NCBI GenBank assembly: GCA_965644295.1 | Contig: CBFFRP010000277.1 | Span: forward strand, 62,001-126,000 | Direction of reading: 5' to 3' | DNA: 64,000 nucleotides | Source: Paraphysomonas bandaiensis | Lineage: Eukaryota > Protista > Chrysophyceae | Shown here: piece by piece, positions 10,955-24,023 of the stretch | How the letters are laid out: each line of letters opens with the position of its first letter | How positions within the stretch are numbered: position 1 is the stretch's first letter | Notes under the pieces: generated by a model | The model's database searches: none | Seen by the model: only the letters and a program-made list of their open reading frames with translations | What the model was told of the DNA's origin: nothing | Program-made: the position numbers and the translations under genes

Positions 10955-12670
10955 ATGACTACAACTAACCCTCTTAACAATGCCACGACGGAATCCACAC
11001 CTACTTCATTTTGTGTGGATTGTGACTTGCCGCCTGCGGTTGGGCATTCTTCACGAGAAGAAGGAGCTAAGAGTCGCTCTGTGAGTTTAGAGTCTGATAT
11101 GAATACGGCGTCTGTGTTTTCTTGTTTCTGTAATTTGGCGAACACTATTCTTGGGAGCGGAATGCTGGGGTAACTGTTGTATTACCTACTACGATTTATT
11201 GTTTATGCTGTGGTGTAGATTGCCATATGCTTTTGCGCATACTGGCTGGGTACTGGGATCGCTGTTGATAGTGCTGTGTGGCATATCCAGCGCTTTTTCC
11301 CTGCACACTTTGGCCCTTTGTGCTATGACTATTCCTGGCCCGTCATCGTTCTACCGCGTCGGCCATGCAGCCATGCCTCAACTCACTTTAGCAATTGACT
11401 TTGCAGTGGCAATTAAGTGTTTTGGCGTGGCTACGTCATATCTGATTGTTATCGGAGATTTAATGCCTGACGTAATGGAGCATTTGGGTGCCAATTCCTT
11501 TTGGCAAGATCGTCACGTCTGGGTAGTGATTGGGTTCATTGTTGTAGCCCCTCTATCTTGTCTGCGCAATCTGGATTCACTTAAGTTCACTTCGTTTGTG
11601 TCAATCGTTTTTGTCGCTTTCCTGACGATGTTAATTATCCTCTATTCCTGTGACGTTCCTGATCTCGACCCTTGTGCTGATGTAGACGACAACGACACAT
11701 GCGTAGGAGATAAAGGGAACGTAACTCTTACAATGCAGACGTTGCGTGTGCTCTCGATATTTGTCTTTGGGTTCACATGCCAGCAGGTGAGATTATGTGC
11801 ATACCGTACTCTGCTGTAGTCTCTCCTGATTCAATTTTGCTCATCGTGTGGCAGAATATTTTTGCTGTTTGCAACGAACTGCGAAATCGCACTCCGTCTC
11901 GGGTGAATATGGTCATTGCTGCTGCTATAATGACTGCGATTGTGCTGTACTTGACGGTTGCGTGTTTTGGATACAGCACATATGGTGAAGAGGTTGAGTC
12001 TGACATTCTTGTAAATTATCCGGGTGCGTTGATAAATTAATCCCTGTTCTTTGTGACACTCTACTGTTACAATCAGAAAACTATTTGACTAGCACTGCTC
12101 GTCTGTTTGTTTCACTTCTGGTTGCCTTTTCTTACCCGTTACAGGTATGCACTCAGACTTACATTTATGACTATATATAGAACGATTACCCTGTACTAGA
12201 ACATGTTGTTCACCATTTTCTACAGGCTCACCCATCAAGGCGCTGTATCTTGACGCTTATGGCTGCATTTGATAATGACAAAGATGAACCTAGTCTTCAC
12301 GTTCAGACTATGCGATATGTCGGAGTGACGGTGGGAACTCTACACTGTCGTCATTTCTGGACGTCTTATAGCGTTTGATACAGGTTGGGTTTCTCGGCCT
12401 CTCTCTTATAATCGGGTTGACCGTTTCTGATTTGGGAGTCGTTCTCTCGCTTGTAGGAGCTACTGGTATTGCATCTACTATGTTCTTTGTATTCTGTAAT
12501 AAACTTGCTTTGAAGGCTCAACGATAGTGTCCTACATTTTACCGGGATTCTTTTACTATCTTATTTTCAAAGATTTGGAGGGGCCGGTGTGGAAGAGGAA
12601 CTTGGCATTGGCACAAGGAATACTGGGGCTTATTATTATCCCAGTGTGCTTGACTTTCATCTTCGTATAG
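10955..12670 (+). CDS. Amino acid transporter, AAAP/AVT/SLC38 family, multi-exon
   Basis: NLANTILGSGMLGLPYA, IKCFGVATSYLIVIGDLMP, FGFTCQQN, LVAFSYPLQAHPSR, VGATGSTIVSYILPG; stop TAG at 12670. Confidence 0.93.
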
Positions 12671-13518
12671 GAGTAATGATTGCCACTACAGTAGGTACGC
12701 TGATTCAGATTTACTAGCCTGTGGACAATATTTTGTTTAGAATTGTTACATTGGTTGTCAATGTGTAATAAAATTTCCCAAACGTTTCTATATGAGTAAA
12801 CGTATGACTGGGAAATTTTTTGTAAGGGTTCTCAGTAATTCAAGACGCCGGGTAATTACACCTTTATACTATTTCATACCGCATACTTTCTTCGTTCTCT
12901 GTTTTCCTTCCACAGATAAGAGGAATTTGTCGTCTATATGTAGTTACATTTAACCGCGCTAATAAGAAGGCTATATCATCCCGCGCTCATATTTGAAACG
13001 GGGGCGAGAAGCCCAAATTTAAAATTAAAAAAATAATAAAATTTGGACAAGGGACGCCTTATCAGGTTAAATTGTAGCTTATCCTCATAAGCTGTAGCAT
13101 GCTCGCTGCTAAAGGTCCTAGGTGCTTCCTGATCAAAATTAAGAAAACAAATTGTTTCAAATCAATGGGATCTATACATAAGCTAAGAGGATGGTAATTG
13201 TACTACAATAACTCAAAAAAATAAATCCCCAAATTTCAATGATTGCCACAACAGATGACCCCCTCACAGAAGGATACTGAGGAAACACCAATATTTGTTA
13301 TGATAAATGTAAAAAATTGTAGTTGCACGAGGCATTTTGTTTCATTCTCATCATCACCGCCAACAATGTCGGACTCGCAATAACGTTAGCCGCATATATA
13401 GCCAGCAGATAGTTTTCTGCCCACTCAGAGCCAAACGATTGTGTGGTACAAGGGACACTAGTTAGTGTCACTTGTGTAGACGTCTATTGACCTTGACGAA
13501 TAAACAGGCATCCGGGAA

Positions 13519-13830
13519 TGTATTAAAATATACTTGTAGTAACACAGTATTGACGGAATTACGTTAAGAGGGATATAGTGAAATTATGATGTTGTAGCAC
13601 TGTGATTGAGGAACCACGTCAATCACCAACACCAACATTCTGTTCTACAAATCGTATCTTTAACAGCTACTATATTTTAAGTTTCTCTGTATACTATTAA
13701 TAGCTACTCCTATATTGTACTACAAGTTTGCCACAGAGTGCCTGTAAAGTTGCATGAACATTGTTGTCTAATATTGTTTAGAGTTTCTTCGGAGTATAGA
13801 GGAGATACTATATTCTACATTATCTTAATA
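13519..13830 (-). mobile_element. Solo LTR of the decayed Copia family at 33190
   Basis: Reverse complement of 13520-13690 aligns with 33270-33438 (gttaaagata.gatttgtagaacagaat..tggtgttggtgattg...ctcttaacgtaatt.cgtcaata); distal limit approximate. Confidence 0.65.
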
Positions 13831-13855
13831 ACTCTCATATCTATATATAGCAGTA

Positions 13856-14292
13856 CAGACAGGTCATTAATGGAATACCATTAATGGCAAATTAATGGTA
13901 GTCCAGTTCCCGGCAATTATAATGACATTAATTAATATTAAAATATGGATCTTATTCTAGTATATTCTGTATATGTCACTTGAAGACAATGTACGAGAAT
14001 ACAGTGAAATATAGTGATGTGCAAATGCTGTGATGATATTGAGAAACTGAAATAGTTTGATCTTTCAAGATATGTTAAGTAACGAGAGGTTCGCATATGT
14101 AGGATATTATGCACGGATTAAAATGAGTTAGTGTTGGTTATCACAACTTCGTGTAAACGATATTAATAAATCTATCTAGTCTTACGACAAATAAATTCTC
14201 TCTGTGATCTAGCTTAAAATGAGCAATTTCCAATAATTAAAAATGTCCCGGCAAATATAATATGGCCCATTAATGGTTACCAGCAGGCCCTG
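13856..14292. mobile_element. MITE with CCATTAATGG subterminal repeats and CAGGGCC terminus, interrupted by LTR-like DNA
   Basis: ccattaatgg repeats and right end ...ccattaatggttaccagcaggccctg; related copy at 56161-56267. Confidence 0.5.
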
Positions 14293-14689
14293 CTTTGTAG
14301 TTGTGTATATTCTGTATTTCTTTGCTACATAAAATACAGGATAGCTACTAGCAATAGCTTCAAAAAATACGCACGTAGGAGCGGATTGTAGTTCAATAGA
14401 ATGGACCCACTTGACGTGAATCCGGGGTATTGAGCTGCCTACTGAAGTCAACAAGCATTCGGGCCAGTTCACCTTAAGGACAGATAGTTAAAGTGGTTGA
14501 ACCTTTGTACTTGCCATGACACGCAAGCAGCTTTTGTAGCGCTAAATAGTAGGAAATTATCAGGTTTAAGCACTACTAGTTAGTTTAAACTACATTAGTT
14601 GACACTTACACATAACATACCTATTGCTAATAATCGGACATTCACTACAGCAAACTAAGGAGGGAATATAACTTGGAGTGTTTAATGAT

Positions 14690-15360
14690 TTTGATATAGT
14701 CATCATAGTGGTTTCCTAAAATTGTGTATTATGATAACCACACAAATGACTATAAGTTAGAAGGTGGTTTCTGTTCGAACCAATATTGCAATGGAATGTC
14801 AATCTCAGCCCGATAGTAATCATAGTAGTGAAATAGAAAATTATTGACTGTATAAAAATATCTAAGATTGTATGGAAATGATTGGTAGTTGTGATAATAT
14901 TGATTATTGGCCATTTTTAACAATAATAATTAAGATCGTTGAGTAAAAAGTTTATAGTAATTAAAATAGATAGACTCTTTATTATTATTGTGTGTGTTGT
15001 CATCTAAAACATGTTAACAAACATGATAATTTATTTCGTTCATGTGAACCACCGCTCAACTTCCGTATCTTGAATCGTCATGATCCAATACTTCAGTTTC
15101 ACAGTTATAGCTATATATTATAGAATCTTTGACTACGTATTACTGTTTTTCACATTGTATTTTACGTATTCAACAGTACTATCTTAGAGAGCCATACATA
15201 TTCCAACAGATAACATGAAAATGGCGATGAACAATGAATGATAAGTGATATTGATTATAGTTTAACTCGTATTTGTTGCTAATTTATATATCAAGCATTG
15301 AGTATTGAGTATGAATTACGTTCAGTTAATTAACCTTTACCATCCTATTATGTCGATCAA
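14690..15360 (+). mobile_element. Degenerate Copia solo-LTR fragments
   Basis: 14810-14900 resembles the intact LTR (gatag..at.gtagtga...tgactgta.aa...taagat.gta..gaaatg.ttggt); 15230-15355 resembles 3365-3458. Confidence 0.4.
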
Positions 15361-15720
15361 TGAATACCGTAAACACCTAGTCATTGTAAACTGAAAATAT
15401 GTATTATTAAATGACTAGTTTTTACAACCGCTTAACTAGGGTTTTACACCAATTTTGGTGTGACTAGGAAATTACACCAATATGACTAGGTCCAATAATA
15501 GATCCCCACATTTACTAGGGATTAGCTTTGTAGTGTTATACAGTATAACTTATGCTAAATATATGGCGTATTGCGTAGGCATATGAAGCATTAAATGGCA
15601 CAGGTCCACCAATAAAAAATGTTTTAACATCTTACAAGGCCAAGTTGCAATAAGCGCACGCACGCTAAGCTACAGGGTTAAGGAATTATCATAATGGAGT
15701 AAAAAATTCAGCACAACCCC

Positions 15721-17364
15721 TTAGAACCCAAAACCAGCCCCCCCACTGTCCTCAGCGCTCCAACCCTCAAGTAGTAGATTCGCTGCTAAGGCTTCGTTCT
15801 TATCACAGGCAATAAATGCCGCGACCGCATCTTGCTGATCAAATCCGAGCTCTACTAGCCGATTAACTGAGTTCATTTCTTCATCCGTAAGTCTGATGAC
15901 ATTGGTACCGGGAGGCATTCCACCTATTCCTCCTCGTCCATCCCTTGCTTCGGTCATTATCCTCTCGAGCTGCTCGGGTGGGAGGGACGCAAGCATTTGA
16001 GAGAATGCCTGGAGTTGCTCAGGAGTCATTCCAAGGCTCTGGGCAGCCCGCTCACGCTGATCGGGGGGAAGCGCTTGGATCATCTGAACCAATTGCATAG
16101 GATTAGGCGCTTCTCCACCTGGCAAAATATGGGGTCAGTTACAGAACAACGTAGAAATTCATGTACACTAAAGTGTTCTGTAAATTCACAAATGCGTGAC
16201 ATATATAATATGAATGGGAACAAATACGCATCCCATACTACACTACTTTGTGAATACCTGCTCCAGGCATACCCATACCTATCCCTCCCTGCTGTTGCTG
16301 AGCAGGTGGATCCTCTGTGATAGGCTCATTCATCATGCTTAGAAATTCAGACTGGTTAGCATGGATGAGACGTAGGAGGTCGGGATTTTGTTGCCCTGTA
16401 AGTTTGTTACAAGGAAAAACACAAAAGTCTGTGGTAGACCAACCTATACCCTCCAAAACCTGTCCTAATGATGCAGGGTTCTGCTGTACCAATCTGCGGA
16501 GTTGATTCAGTTGGGGATGTCTGCGAAGCTCCTCTATGCCTGACAATCCTGTACCAGCAGAAGCTTGACCAGAGGCAGGAGACGGCTGCCCAGCAGGGGC
16601 AGCTGTCTGGGCTTGATCAGGAATACCGTTCATCAGGTATTCCACTGCAAGACCGCTGTTTCCCATTGCGGCACGAAGAGCAGCCTAAAATATACGAGAT
16701 ATAATAAGCAAAGTATTGTGTTAGGTGTGACAAAACTGCAGTGTTATTGAATGTCTGGCTATGTGAGAAGTGTATACCTGAGCTTCCTCTTCCGGAAATC
16801 CCATATCTGTGAGTTGCTTAATAGTCTCCGGAGGGAAATCTGTGGTGGGGGCTGTAGCTCCAGTCGATGTAGCTAGGGTTTACAAAATGTATTAGTTACG
16901 CCGATCGGTCGTGTTTCATTTCAATACCTGGAGACGATGCGGCGGGAGCTGGTGGCACTTGGGAACCAGGAGCAGCTGCGGCCATTCCAGTTGAAGCAGG
17001 CATCGCAGGGGCTGCAGGAGCAGGGGAAGAAACAGGCGCAGGGTTTGCAGCAGCAGGAGCGGGAGTAGGCTTCGGTTTAGCAGCCTCTTTCGTCAACATA
17101 CACACAATAAACTCATTCTCTGAAATTCCTGTTTCGCTGATGAGTGTATTATCTTTCAATACTTTGCCTGCGTGTATTAACTTCTGTCTAGCTGCGGGCA
17201 TTTCTGCCTTCTCAATTGCAATTTTCTCTTTGACGCCGCCCACAGAATCTGATGGCTCGACATCGACTGAAAACTGATCTCCTTTTAAGGTTTTTATAGT
17301 AATTTTCTGTATATTGTATATAGGAGTGAGCGGCACATGACATATCATATTCAAAACATACCAT
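15721..17364 (-). CDS. RAD23: UV excision repair / proteasome shuttle protein RAD23 (UBL-UBA-XPC-binding-UBA)
   Basis: ATG at 17364 directly followed by an intron; KITIKTLKG...RQKLIHAGKVLKD UBL; LAVEYLMNGIP UBA; LRRLVQQNPASL XPC-binding; LVELGFDQQDAVAAFIACDKNEALAANLL UBA2. Confidence 0.95.
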
Positions 17365-17916
17365 AGTTCCACAATAATTAGCGTTACAATATGTAATATA
17401 TGACTCTTAATGCTTTAATTGTGTTTGGAACATCATCTACACGATTATCAGTATATGTATATGTATATGGGAGTATAGGAGTATAGGTATAGTACAGTGT
17501 CGTATAGAGGCGGGGACTCTGTCCAAGGAGAATGCCACACAAAAGCAATGAAAGTGAAAGAAAATATGAGTATAAAACCAACCACAGGAGTACGATTACG
17601 TATAAGAAAACTGAAAACACGCACCATATGTTGAATCTTGAGACGCCACTTTCAGTTTGATATCAAAGTACAGCAGTACATATAAATCAGTACAAGGGAC
17701 TTTGGCTGGTCTGCTGTGGGAAAATGATGGATATTTTTACGAAAAGGGGTAAAAAAATCACCATTTATACTGCATACCCCTTTATTACTGTGTACTCTGA
17801 AAACTCTAATATGCAGTATCCTTTTCGAACCTGAAATATACGGTGGTGTATTAATTCGAACATGAGTACGGTTTGAACAAGCAAACATAGATGTATAGTT
17901 TAAAATATGTGTATAT

Positions 17917-19521
17917 ATGGTGCCAGCCTCATCCATCGGTGTTAGCCCAGTTGTTAATCCTTTGGCACCGAACATGTTACCAGATCAACTGACCAGATTT
18001 GGACTGACAAGCGACAACAGCGATAAGAAAAACACACGTATATGTAACTGCAAGAGGTCGAACTGCTTAAAGGTAAATCACGTGGGATATGTAGCTATCA
18101 GTTTAATCAAGTGGTATTAGTTGTATTGCGAATGCTTTGCCAGTGGGGCATATTGTCAACCGGGAACTTGTAATTGTAATAACTGTCTAAACAACGTTAA
18201 AAACAACGACTCCAGAAGAGAGGCTGTTGACGCCACGCTTGAAAGGAACCCCAATGCATTTCGATCGAAAATTTTCATAACAGAGACTGATGGAGGAGAC
18301 ACATCGACAAAGCATCACAAAGGGTGTCACTGTAAAAAGAGTTATTGCTTGAAAAAGTAAACTGTGATGTGGGATGATGGCTGCATATAATTTATTTTAG
18401 GTATTGTGAATGCTATCAAGGTGGAGTTGTGTGCTCGGAAAAATGCAGATGCCATGACTGCAGAAATTATACTGGGTCCACGTATTTGCTGGAAGCTGTA
18501 CAAAAAACCCAACAGAAAGATCCCGTTGAAGGTGAAACTACCAACGATTCTAATAATGAGGAAGGCAACAGGTGGTGTCCGTACAGTACTGATATGTCGT
18601 GATTTGTCATTGCAGAGGGAGTAGTTATATAAAGACAAATAGTCATTTATCGCGATCTGTTGAAAATAGTAGTGGGGGAGAGTTTCTGTCCGATACGACC
18701 TTGCAAATGGTATAGCCCAGAATGAGAGAGTACCTGATATAATCGTACTTGTGTATAGATATGTAAGTCGGTTCAGGAGGAGTACAATAAGGGGGCGAAA
18801 TCGGCAAAGAAGAGGCCGTTTAGCGACACTGAGGAGAACGCCACCGCCACCCGGTCAGATATTAATAGTTCTTCTGCATCTGACGATATACGACCTTCGC
18901 AGTCGTTGAAAACGATAGCTGTGGACTCATTTTCTGAGTCTCTTCGTGGTTTGCTTGTATCATCACTGGCCTCAACCCTGTCGCCTGATATGGTGAGTGG
19001 GATTGTATCTCTAAGCCTTATCAGCCCTATGAAGTCTCAAAGCTTACAGTCTGGAGGTGATATCGGAACCACCTTGTCGTTAAATAATCAAGGTATTTTT
19101 TTTGTGTGTAGTCATCAATTATTAACTTCGCCGCATGCACTTAGCCCCTCAGGTTCATCGACCTACTTCTCCAAGTCATCAATCACATGGTGATAGTTTA
19201 ACACAAAGTCAAAACGAAAACAGCGATGCATCCTCACAGTGTCACACACAAGTGGGTGAGGGACAGCGCACTGAAGGAACACAAAATTCTGGGAATGACG
19301 CGTCATGCAGCCAAAATTGTGGTCCATCAATCGCACCATTATTGTCTAATTCAAGCGGGCCTAGCGCCCGGTCGGCCATTCCGGAGTCTAGCATCGAGAA
19401 TATGCCATCATTACTAGGAAAGAGTTCCCTAACGCTGGAGCCTACAGTATCCATGCAGCAGATGGAGGCCCAAGCGACTCACTGGATGAAACAGCAATGT
19501 AAGTATTCAGATTTAAAATAA
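17917..19521 (+). CDS. Tesmin/TSO1/LIN54-like CRC (CXC) domain protein, multi-exon; 3' end uncertain
   Basis: [20 protein letters not shown]...CNC..CLN, RNPNAF hinge, [31 protein letters not shown]. Confidence 0.88.
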
Positions 19522-20530
19522 ACTCAACGCAAGCTTATATCTTGCCACTCTATTATGTTACTTATATATTATTCGAAGTTGTGTTGCACAATGATGTAAT
19601 TTGTGGCATCTATTGTACCTAACGTAATATAATCAATTGTGTATGAGAATATCTGTGCTGATTTTTAACATTCCTCTAATATACAAGAAATTTAGTAATT
19701 ACATGTCAATGTTGTACATAGCAAAGGTACCAGTGCTTTGTGTCGTGAGTATATTGCTATGTATTAATGTTTTGCTATTGTTGTATGTTGTAGTTACATC
19801 AATTGCATCGACACGCCCAAACTTTACATATATTGTTCCCTGACCCTTGTAGATTCTTCTGTGTGTCAGAGGTGCTGTTATTCAAGTAACCATTTAAACG
19901 AATATATTTTGATCAACACTTGTTTAGGAAACAATACACTTCAGTAGTCAATAGTAAGCTTGCTTTCAATCAATAGTATTCCAACTATAAAGTATACTAC
20001 TATCATCACCTAAATACATGCGCTTATTTTTATTTTAGTTCTATTCTTCAAGATCACATGTGTTGAGTTCTGGTGAATGATATGTTGTACATTGTTCAAT
20101 TGAAGTGAGCCAATAGTGGATAAGTATGTAATAGCTTTTTTCTTATACGATATGCACTGTCTACTATATACACTACTTATGTTACTCAAGCATTATTTGT
20201 TATGTTACAGCACAATTTTTGTCGTCTACAGTCTGAACCGCCAACTATAGCTCAATCTTTCAAATATCTACAGAAACTTTTGTCTTAAGAACTAGAGAGA
20301 CAGATTGGGTGTACGTATAAATTGCTTGCCATATTCGTGCTTCGCATTTGAACGCTACAAGGCATAAGATATTTCCCGGTACACGTATTTCAAAACGAAA
20401 TCATCATTGTCTTACCGAAACAATATGACTAGCCAAGAGTAACATATTGTAATTACTAAATTGAATTAAATGACCTCGGTAGCCAAATTAGATCAAATTA
20501 GGCAAGGGATACTGAAAACCACCAGTTGCA

Positions 20531-20930
20531 CTACTTATCCAAATTCATGAGGTACACTTCCATATTCTTTCCGTTGTTCTCACATACCCAACTGGCCCAC
20601 CTGGGATCTTCAATGGAAGGAATACCGTCTACATTCCCAGAAACTGGCTCAGAAACTTTTTTCTCTCCACTGAGAGCATACGACACCAGAAAGTACAGAG
20701 AGGTATAAATTCCAACAGCCAAAAACATTGCCTGAATATATTACAGCATGGTTATAACGACATTCATAAATTATTGGATGCAATACCTGATCTTCCGCAT
20801 TGTAGTAATTTACAAGCTGAGGAAAAAATGCATCACTACGAGCCTTGTGCTTGTACTTAGAAGCCATGTGCCTGACCGTGTTTTTCCTCAACACCTGACT
20901 AGGAACCTTTCTTGCAAATTGAGAGAACAT
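20531..20930 (-). CDS. Small (~114 aa) putative mitochondrial single-pass membrane protein, two exons
   Basis: Arg-rich acid-free N-terminus MFSQFARKVPSQVLRKNTVRHMAS; GT-AG intron ~20732-20786 joins to AMFLAVGIYTSLYFLVSYAL (TM) and IPSIEDPRWASW. Confidence 0.65.
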
Positions 20931-22219
20931 CGTCTGTATATTAAAGAAGACTAGGACTGAAGCTGTAGTATAATAGCTTGGTATTAAATATTAATGGCTG
21001 CCTTAGTGAACAATTGCATAGCAGTGTATTGATGTGATGTTACATTACTGCCACTGCCAGCGCACTCACACATACCCACACATAGGACGTGTTTTTTAGG
21101 CTTTTTTTGGTCGTTGCTAGACACAATACACAACAGCAGCAACGTATCTTTAAAAGACAAGGTAGTCTGAAAGATCACTGAAATTACCAAAAACTGAAAT
21201 ATATAATACGTAGAAAATACAATACGAACATACGCCTATATATCATTCCGACGAGAATGATCCCAATTAAAGCAACTGGAACTGGACTAGAATAGCATGA
21301 ATCGAGGCACACAGGACATATAAAGCGTACTAACACTAATATACGGATGTATGTTTCACTTAACAAGTACATTGATGTTGCCGTTCTTGCAATGAAATCG
21401 ATCGCTTACATTTCCACGATGCAACTCTCCTGTCAGCATAGCATATATCTCGCATGTTGATATAGTACGACATATACATACGATATGTCATTGTGTGGCA
21501 AATAAGAAGACATCAGTACGTCAAGATATTGGATATATCAATTCTGGTTAATGTCAGATCATCAGATATCTGATATCACATGTCACTGCTTGGATATAAA
21601 TATATCGGTATAGGACAGCTAGCACTCTGGAGTGATTAAGCCATACCTCAAGACATGGGGATGGATATATCGTTATTGAAGCCGTTTTATGGCCGAGCTA
21701 TAGTTCTCCGGTGAGGCTCTATCGAACATACTTATTGGTAACAAGGTTTAAACTAGAATGAGTAATTTAAATGTATTTGGAATATACTTATTTCCCCGAT
21801 TACTCATAGTAGGCAGTAAGATTGGTTTCTGTTTTATTATTAGGAGCCTTATAAAGATCTAAATAGCTTATAAAGGTATAATTAATCGTAGGCTGATGTA
21901 TAAAATATACGTCTACAATGAGAGTATAGGTATCATATAATATATAGATGTCAGTGTGCGTAATAGTAGTGAAATAATATATCTTAGTTCCGTTTGGTTT
22001 TGCTTAAAAAGAACCAAGCGTTAAACATGATACTAAAAAGATATTATTATTGCCGCTGTTATGGAAATACCATATGTTAAGTTCTGACTAGGTAAAAGGG
22101 GGCCTCACACAATATAATGCTGGTATTTCAATTCGAAAGTGTATACCAATGTCGATGTCTCCTATCCAGTAACGGTGCAAAGCTCACACCTCTGATAGTG
22201 ATACAAATATTGTATGGCG

Positions 22220-23009
22220 CAGGGATAGGGAACAATATATTGTATTGCAATACATTGTACAATATATTGCAATATATTGAAAAATATATTGATTGGTGAA
22301 ATATTCCATCAATACTGTTTCTGTTAAAGTAGCTCACAATACTATTTCAATATATTGCAATCAATATTATGGTAGTCATATAAGAGAATTTTCTCAACGG
22401 TAGGGTGAAAAATGGATATAAATAACCGAGAAATTGATTACAACATTACAAAGGATAATGAAGCTGATGTTGACTATGCGACTAAAAATCTTCAGTCAAA
22501 AAATCAAGAAACGTAGAGATCCACGAGTCATTAACGGTTGCCTGGCCCTGGTATGTACTTTCAATACATGGGAACGTCTGTTCAGCAGAGCGAAACATAT
22601 TATATCAGTGTTGCGCAAAAGTATCCATCCATCTTAATATATATGCTGTTGTTTCTGAAAGCTATTCGACAGTTATGGCCGGATACTAGCATATTTCAAT
22701 TAATTCTGTGGATGAATATGGTGATGTTGACGTCACCGATGATGGCTCAGAGGATGAGGACGAGGTGGATTTTTAGTAGCTATAAGCAGCAGTTGGTTTG
22801 GTTGTCATGTGATCTTAATGACTAATACTAAAAATGAAATCTACGGATGTGTTTACCTACTGATTAGTCATACTAATATATTGCAATACATTGAAAATAT
22901 ATTGCAATATATTGTAATGGTATTGTAGGACCGATTTAAAAAATCCATCAATACTATTGATGAAACGCTATCTAACAATAGTATTGCAATATATTGTTCC
23001 CTATCCCTG
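22220..23009 (+). mobile_element. Non-autonomous hAT element, family A (790 bp)
   Basis: TIR CAGGGATAGGGAACAATATATTG...CAATATATTGTTCCCTATCCCTG; ATTGCAATA subterminal repeats; frameshifted hAT dimerisation relic NTWERLFSRAKHIISVLRKS...MLLFLKAIRQLW; GTATGGCG on both flanks (offset by TACAAT on the right). Confidence 0.85.
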
Positions 23010-24023
23010 TACAATGTATGGCGTCAAGTGTCTAGATACTAGACATTCGCATAAATAGCCATCTACCTTCCGTTTCTAACATTTAATCACCGCTGTCTAT
23101 GACTATGCTCTATGCTTGTACAGAACTTATGTTAAACGTGCGGTTATTCTTGACTCTAGACAAAAAAGTGTTGATAATATTACGAAGACAATAGGTGACA
23201 ACCATTGCATTCCATTTGAAATTCGTGTTGACACCCTTAAAATATTATGCCATGTACTAGTAATATAAATCATCGACACTCACGCCTTGTTTATCATAAT
23301 CACACATTGTGCAGACCTAGTAAAGGTTAGTGCTCTTCTATTTTAAGTGCAGTACCTAGTAATAACATCCTTGTTACCTCACGCATTGCCCATTTTTAAA
23401 CGCCACAATCACTATACTATGTAGCGTCTTTAGAACACATTGAAGCTATGGGCTCAGACAAGTGTCGACTTGTCGGTTTGTATTGTGAGAAGATGATGGA
23501 TGCAGATATATCGTGATTTTCACGGATTCAGAGTATGACTTTATTACCAAGACTTGCTTCTTGAAATGAAGGTCGATTAAGCATCGTCGTAATATTGCCG
23601 AGCACCTCAAGTGAATACCAAGTGCGATATTCGTTCTGGCTTCTATGATATTAAATATGTGCTGAAGATACGACTGGAATGGTTGCTCTCACTGTTTCTT
23701 GCTTGTATTCTTCCATCATTTTTTTTATGGTCTCATTTTTTATTATATGTACACTTGTAAATACTGCAGTATATGGACACAAAAAAGAAGGAAATTTGTA
23801 AATTTCATACTTTTTCGAAAACGATAACGGTTTCAAAACATACACCACTATGAGAGTATGCGTATATATGTCTGTACAGTCGTATAATACATACATGCAC
23901 GGCTATACATGTATATATATATGAGCACATACGCCACAGTTACTCTTAAATTCTCTGTGGATACCTGGAATATAAACCGCTTTAATGTCAGCTGCACTTG
24001 TCTTCCCTTGATGTGTATCTGAT

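Larger units (their letters stand above)
12950..14650 (-). mobile_element. CRE-like relic copy split by nested insertions (solo LTR and MITE at ~13519-14292)
   Basis: 12960-13300 matches 1230-1650 and 13360-13518 matches 655-870 in reverse; homology resumes at ~14417 (ccggggtattgagctgcc) and continues to ~14650. Confidence 0.6.

Noticed and set aside
23490-23640. IVIFTDS RNase-H-like peptide
   Set aside because: Too short and interrupted to assign
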